The translations under genes were made by a program, and so were the position numbers. A DNA stretch of 11,783 nucleotides from IMG/VR virus record IMGVR_UViG_2061766007_000929; one strand, written 5' to 3'. Shown piece by piece: positions 7,807 through 11,783 of this stretch; positions within the stretch are counted from its first letter, which is position 1, and every line of letters begins with the position of its first letter. Source of the DNA: an uncultured virus (IMG/VR IMGVR_UViG_2061766007_000929). Taxonomy: Duplodnaviria; Heunggongvirae; Uroviricota; Caudoviricetes. The notes under the pieces were generated by a model that had not been told where the DNA came from, searched no databases, and saw only the letters and a list, made by a program, of their open reading frames with translations.

Positions 7807-8249
7807 TCACCAGTCCGGTTCCCCGGTGTCCTCGTCGAGCACGAAGCCCTCCGTTTCGTCGGACGGCTCCAACTCCAGAAGAGACTCCATGACCGAAGCT
7901 GCTGCCCGTTGGGGAATGAGGATCGTCACTTTGGCGTCCTGACCCTGTATCTGCTCTCCCGCGTGTTTTCCCTTGGCAGGAGTGTAGGAGAATTCCCGCA
8001 TCCGACCGGCCAGGAGCACCCACTCGCCACCGTGGAGCGCCGNNNNNNNNNNNNNNNNNNNTTGATGAAAGTATGCTTCTTCCATCGGACGGAGAAGTTG
8101 CACCGCCGGGTGTTCCCTTTCTCCCGAATGCTGAGCTTTGGTGGTCCGGAAACCTCACCCCACGTCAGCATATCGAAGTATCTGGCGTATCTCTGGTCTC
8201 CGGGGTTTCCCTCGGAGCTTTCTTTGTCAAAGACTTTGAATTGACCCAT
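7807..8249 (-). CDS. Second, divergent SSB-like OB-fold protein; joined across N-gap 8043-8061
   Basis: ATG 8249 follows GGAGG. LTWGEVSGPP...CNFSVRWKKHTFI [gap] ALHGGEWVLLAGRMREFSY matches SSB strand spacing. Acidic tail EGFVLDEDTGEPDW. Confidence 0.6.
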
Positions 8250-8268
8250 ATGTTCCTCCGTTTACCGT

Positions 8269-8306
8269 AGCCCAGGTCGGGAGGATGGTTTCCCCCGACC
8301 CAGGCT
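8269..8306 (-). promoter_or_regulatory. Intergenic RNA stem-loop between recT and the SSB-like gene
   Basis: Minus strand AGCCUGGGUCGGGGG-AAACCAUC-CUCCCGACCUGGGCU forms a 15-bp stem in which the three non-Watson-Crick pairs are all G-U. No U-tract follows. Confidence 0.6.
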
Positions 8307-8317
8307 TCTTCTATGCG

Positions 8318-9331
8318 TCAGGCGAAAAAGCTGTCAAGCACTTCCGCTTCGTCCGCATTCTGCGGAGCGACGCCAGGGACTTCTTCGTACTCAGCGTCCT
8401 TCACGCTATCGGTCTTCTCGGTTTTCGGCGCTCTCCTGCGCTCTTTCGACTTCACGGCAGCGGCGGTTTCGTCCGCCCCGTCGGAAGTGCCGGTGGCGTC
8501 CTGCGGCGCGACCTGAGTTGTCTGCTCGCGAATCTCTCCGGTGCTAGTGTCAACGTCAATGGTGTCGAAGCTGACGATGGCTTCCGCGTCCTTCATGTCC
8601 TCGTCTTCCTTGGTCAGCACCGACTCGATGCTGCCGATGGCACGGAGCTGGACGTAGCCGCTGTTCAGCAAACGGCGAATGACCGTCTTCTTCATCATGG
8701 TTTCTGTTGCGCTGTACCACGGGGATTTTCTCTTCAGCCGTTCCGCGTCTTCCGGGCTGAGGTCTCCGCTGATGAGCTGGCGGTATTTCGCTCTGTCAAA
8801 GGTCTTGCTGTACTGCTCGGCATGATCCATGATCGCGCCGATGCTCATGTACTCACTGCGAAAGAAACCGTCACGCTTCTCAATGTAGGCGTAATAACCG
8901 ATGACCGGGTGCTTCTCCGCTTCCGCGTCCGTCTCGTAGATGGAGAAGTCGAATTCTGGCCGCTTCGTCCGGCGGTTGCGACCGACGTACTCACCCTCGC
9001 GGACTTCNNNNNNNNNNNNNNNNNNNNNNNNNNNNNNNNNNNNNNTACCGGCGTAAGGAACGACGTAGTAGCCCATGCCAAGCATGAGACCCATTCCCTC
9101 ACCCCGGAGCGCAGCCGCCACGATAGAAGCGGGGTTACACTTTTGCAGCTCAGAGTTGGACGCCACGAGAGAGATCAGGCTTCCGGTAAGCCTCGCCGCG
9201 CTCTGCGCATTTCCAACGGAGCGGAGGATCATCTTCTGGAGAGCGTCCCCCTGGATAGCCACGGAGAACTTCTGATTCTGCTCCAAAGCGCCGTTCCCGG
9301 TCGGAGCGAGACTGTTACCGACTCTTGCCAT
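8318..9331 (-). CDS. recT: RecT-family single-strand annealing recombinase
   Basis: LQKCNPASIVAAALRGEGMGL...YYVVPY...VIGYYAY...GFFRSEYMS...HAEQYSKTF...SPWY...MMKKTVIRRLL, followed by an acidic disordered tail. Confidence 0.9.
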   Translation of the reverse strand: MARVGNSLAPTGNGALEQNQKFSVAIQGDALQKMILRSVGNAQSAARLTGSLISLVASNSELQKCNPASIVAAALRGEGMGLMLGMGYYVVPYAGXXXXXXXXXXXXXEVREGEYVGRNRRTKRPEFDFSIYETDAEAEKHPVIGYYAYIEKRDGFFRSEYMSIGAIMDHAEQYSKTFDRAKYRQLISGDLSPEDAERLKRKSPWYSATETMMKKTVIRRLLNSGYVQLRAIGSIESVLTKEDEDMKDAEAIVSFDTIDVDTSTGEIREQTTQVAPQDATGTSDGADETAAAVKSKERRRAPKTEKTDSVKDAEYEEVPGVAPQNADEAEVLDSFFA

Positions 9332-9923
9332 AACCTATCATCCTTTCATATTCCTTCTTGAGTATCCGCTTTGCTTTGTTGATCTTGCTTTCCGCCCAGC
9401 CCCTTGGCTTTCCAAACTGGTCATTGATATCAACCAGGCTTTCTCCGGATATTCTTTTCCGGACAACGATATTTTCCTCAGTACCAAGGAGCTGCCGGAG
9501 CTGTTCGTTCGTCTCTACGTCGCTAAGCATATCTGCGGATCTTTCGTCAGCAACAGCGCCGTAGAGTTCCAAACCGTCGTCGTTTCCGCTTTCGAGAATG
9601 AGTGTGTCCAAAGAAAGCACCATACCGGAAGATTTGTTGAGGTTTTGCCAACCCCTTATGATCTCACCCCGTATCGCAGGGACGGCATAGCTGGAAAAAC
9701 GCTTGCCCTGTGTGTCATCAAAAGCAAGGGATGCTTTCCAAAGGCCGAGGTATCCGTCCTGAAGAGCATCATCAGTAAACGGTATCTCCATCAGTTTTAT
9801 GGCGAAACCGACCAACGCCATGTTCTCCATAAAGAGTGCCTGAGCCTGTTCGGTAGTTCTCTTGACGGCGTATACCCCGTTCTTTGAACCGGGCTTACGC
9901 CCTTTTTGCTTTGCCTCGGTCAT
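9315..9923 (-). CDS. Sigma-70 family RNA polymerase sigma factor (compact alternative type)
   Basis: Region 2: ENMALVGFAI...DDALQDGYLGLWKASLAFDDTQGKRFSSYAVPAIRGEI. Region 3-like VLSLD. Divergent region 4 HTH GESLVDINDQFGKPRGWAESKINKAKRILK. The start could be 9923 or 9941. Confidence 0.85.
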   Translation of the reverse strand: MTEAKQKGRKPGSKNGVYAVKRTTEQAQALFMENMALVGFAIKLMEIPFTDDALQDGYLGLWKASLAFDDTQGKRFSSYAVPAIRGEIIRGWQNLNKSSGMVLSLDTLILESGNDDGLELYGAVADERSADMLSDVETNEQLRQLLGTEENIVVRKRISGESLVDINDQFGKPRGWAESKINKAKRILKKEYERMIGYGKSR

Positions 9924-10191
9924 AAGCCCTTTGCCTCTCATTGATTTCGTCCCGGTGAGCGGCATTGTAAGCGCGGATCTGTTCCTTGTGCTCTGCTCTC
10001 CAGCGCTTTGCATATTCGCGCTCTTTCCGCTTCTGCTCCTCGGTCTTCGCCGGTCTGCCGGAGGTCTTCGCGTCCCGCTCCCGGATTTCTTTCCGCTCTT
10101 CACGGGTGATGGGAAGATTGTCGCAGAGCATATCCCACAGAAAGATGCTTTCCAGTTCGTCCGGGGTGTAGCGCGTGTTGACGCATCCCAT
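9895..10191 (-). CDS. Hypothetical highly charged helical protein
   Basis: ATG 10191 follows a GAAAGGAG RBS. Loose repeats YAKRWRAEHKEQI / YNAAHRDEI. Fills the space between the resolvase and the sigma gene. Confidence 0.65.
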   Translation of the reverse strand: MGCVNTRYTPDELESIFLWDMLCDNLPITREERKEIRERDAKTSGRPAKTEEQKRKEREYAKRWRAEHKEQIRAYNAAHRDEINERQRAYDRGKAKRA

Positions 10192-10205
10192 ATCCCGTTC
10201 TCCTT

Positions 10206-10649
10206 TCAGAATTTCCGCTTGGCATACAAGGCGAGAAGACACGCCTCAGCACAGTTGTCGTCGTCCTTCTTGCTCAGTTCCGTCCGCTTCAGGTTCACGC
10301 CGGGATAAAGTCTCCGACACACTTCGATTGACTTTGCTTTGTCCGAGGTAAGCCCAAACTCCTTTTTCCACTTCTGCGGTGTGATAGGCTGATAGGGGAT
10401 TCCGATGGCGTCAAGCACCCCAAGCAGCCAACCGTAGGACTGTCCTAGTTTGAATAACGCGATAATTCCATTTCCCCGGATGGGCTGTACCGCTTCAATG
10501 CAGCAGATGCAGTCCTTGTATTCCGCTTTCAGCGTCCGCAGCCGCGCCATATATTCCTGAGCGTCAAAGGGGATGATCTCAGGACCGTCCGGGTCTCCGA
10601 GTATCGCCATCGCACCGCGCTGACCCGGATCAATGCCTATCCAAATCAT
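10206..10649 (-). CDS. RuvC-like Holliday junction resolvase
   Basis: IGIDPG (catalytic Asp), CIEAV (Glu), FKLGQSYGWLLG, ITPQKWKK, DDNCAEACLLA. ATGA overlap with the upstream gene and a GGAGG RBS. Confidence 0.85.
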   Translation of the reverse strand: MIWIGIDPGQRGAMAILGDPDGPEIIPFDAQEYMARLRTLKAEYKDCICCIEAVQPIRGNGIIALFKLGQSYGWLLGVLDAIGIPYQPITPQKWKKEFGLTSDKAKSIEVCRRLYPGVNLKRTELSKKDDDNCAEACLLALYAKRKF

Positions 10650-10794
10650 TTCTTTTCCTCCCGGAATACCTTTCCACCGAGATAGAGCTTGTACCCTGCT
10701 TTCCGCAGTTCGTCACGCCGCGACCGATCCGGGTAGCAGGAGGGATACTCTGTCTGGTACATGAGCACCCCGTCCCGCTTGATTTCAAAGAGTT
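10646..10794 (-). CDS. Small hypothetical phage protein; start hidden in N-gap 10795-10835
   Basis: Open frame LFEIKRDGVLMYQTEYPSCYP...LRKAGYKLYLGGK. Its stop overlaps the resolvase ATG. Confidence 0.6.
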
Positions 10795-10835
10795 NNNNNN
10801 NNNNNNNNNNNNNNNNNNNNNNNNNNNNNNNNNNN

Positions 10836-11513
10836 GATGCTGATCCCGATACGGTCACAGGCGTTTTTCAGTTCGATGAGCTGCTTCCGCGTTGCGGCCA
10901 CCTGGAACGTGATGGAATAAACCGTTTCCTGCGGGGTCTGCGTCTCAACCGATTCCTGTACCGGAGCGGGTTCTTCGTCCAGTTTGTACTTCGCCGCCTG
11001 TGCCTGCGCCGCAGCCTTGGCCGCTTCCTGCCGTGCCTTTTCACGTTNNNNNNNNNNAGAGAAAGTTGTGTTCGCCCACCTGGGGTTCTCGATCTGCTCG
11101 TAGCGAAGGTAGGCTTCCATGTCGCCCACGTTGGCATCAAAGTAAGCCCGCAGACCGGCCAGCTTCTCCGCCTTGCGCTGCTCGGCGTATTTGTTGATCT
11201 GCTCACTCAGGTTGGTTTCCCCTTCGTACAGTTCCGGCATCAGTTCCGTTTTTATCCGTTCCTCGAACTCGGTGACGGGCTTCATAAAGTCGCGTTTGAC
11301 GCTCTTCCTGTAGTCATCCAGCACGGTCTTCACCTTACGGATTCGGGCCAGGTCCGCCTTGGCGTTCGGCACGTCAGCTTCGCTCAGAACGAGCTTCGAG
11401 TACGGAGCGATTACCTCATGCAGCCACGCTTTCACCTCGTCGAAGTTCGCTGCGATCCGCATGTCCCGGACGGGCGTGAGATCGCTGGCGACTTTGAATT
11501 CCAGATCAGGCAT
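10836..11513 (-). CDS. DUF1351-like phage coiled-coil protein; stop probably in the N-gap
   Basis: ANFDEVKAWL...Y...AKADLARIRKVKTVLDDYRKSVKRDFMKPVTEFEERIK...NPRWAN and C-terminal ITFQVAATRKQLIELK. ATG 11513 follows GGAGGAGG. This family commonly lies near recT. Confidence 0.75.
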
Positions 11514-11751
11514 CCGCTTCCGCCTCCTCCGGCATGACCTCAACGATCTCCTTGCACCGGAAACTAGGCTCCGGGCAGTTCACCGCCACCACGACGGCCT
11601 CGCTCCGGTCGCTCCGGTAGGTAGGGGCGTAAACTTTCTGCCCCAACCGCAAGTCAAGCCGCGTCTTGTAGGTGTAAGTCCTGCCGCCGGTCACGCCGTC
11701 GCTGGTAGTGTACTTGACCTCAACGTACTCAAACCCGTCATACTGATTCAT
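11506..11751 (-). CDS. Hypothetical phage protein (81 aa, beta-rich)
   Basis: ATG 11751 follows AGGAAAGGA. VEVKY...GRTYTYKT...LRLGQKVYAPT...AVVVAV. Overlaps the next start by 8 nt. Confidence 0.7.
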   Translation of the reverse strand: MNQYDGFEYVEVKYTTSDGVTGGRTYTYKTRLDLRLGQKVYAPTYRSDRSEAVVVAVNCPEPSFRCKEIVEVMPEEAEADA

Positions 11752-11783
11752 TCTTCTACTTCCTTTCCTCAAAATCGTATCGG

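Noticed and set aside
8043..8061. Apparent frameshift in the SSB-like gene
   Set aside because: It lies within an N-run, so there is no evidence of a real indel.
7802..8158. N-terminal extension of the hydrolase ORF to 8158, and similar extensions of the HNH (6854), SSB (7344) and sigma (10103) ORFs
   Set aside because: They overlap upstream genes in other frames. The downstream ATGs fit the gene packing, and for HNH and SSB they have clear GGAGG sites.
199..11537. Long plus-strand ORFs (e.g. 199-759, 534-1307, 1417-2697, 6905-7942, 8285-9361, 10761-11537)
   Set aside because: They are antisense shadows of motif-supported minus-strand genes, show no recognisable domains, and several are extended artificially by N-runs.
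1..11783. CRISPR array, tRNA or rRNA genes; visually frequent CCGG sites
   Set aside because: No repeat-spacer pattern or RNA gene is seen and there is almost no intergenic space. CCGG frequency was not quantified and may simply reflect GC content and codon usage.

Overview
Part of the early/replication region of a tailed phage or prophage, probably from a Firmicutes (Clostridia-like) host. The host call is an inference from strong GGAGG ribosome-binding sites and the gene families present. All ~19 supportable genes lie tightly packed on the minus strand. From right to left they are: hypothetical, DUF1351-like, hypothetical, RuvC-like resolvase, charged hypothetical, sigma-70-family factor, RecT, SSB-like OB-fold, SleB/Hydrolase_2 cell-wall hydrolase, SSB, NUMOD4-HNH endonuclease, replisome organizer with internal iteron-like palindromes, DnaC-like loader, ArpU/RinA-like regulator, dUTPase, Cys-rich mini-protein, C5-cytosine DNA methyltransferase, beta-class amino (N4/N6) DNA methyltransferase, and a radical SAM protein that runs off the left edge and is missing from the ORF track. 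The most notable signal is that the amino-methyltransferase is frameshifted exactly at a G8 tract in gap-free sequence, suggesting a phase-variable switch. It sits in a putative DNA-modification cassette with a radical SAM enzyme that carries a similar in-frame G7-CAA tract. Nine N-runs have unreliable lengths, so frame changes across them are not treated as real. All product calls come from motif recognition by eye, not from database searches.
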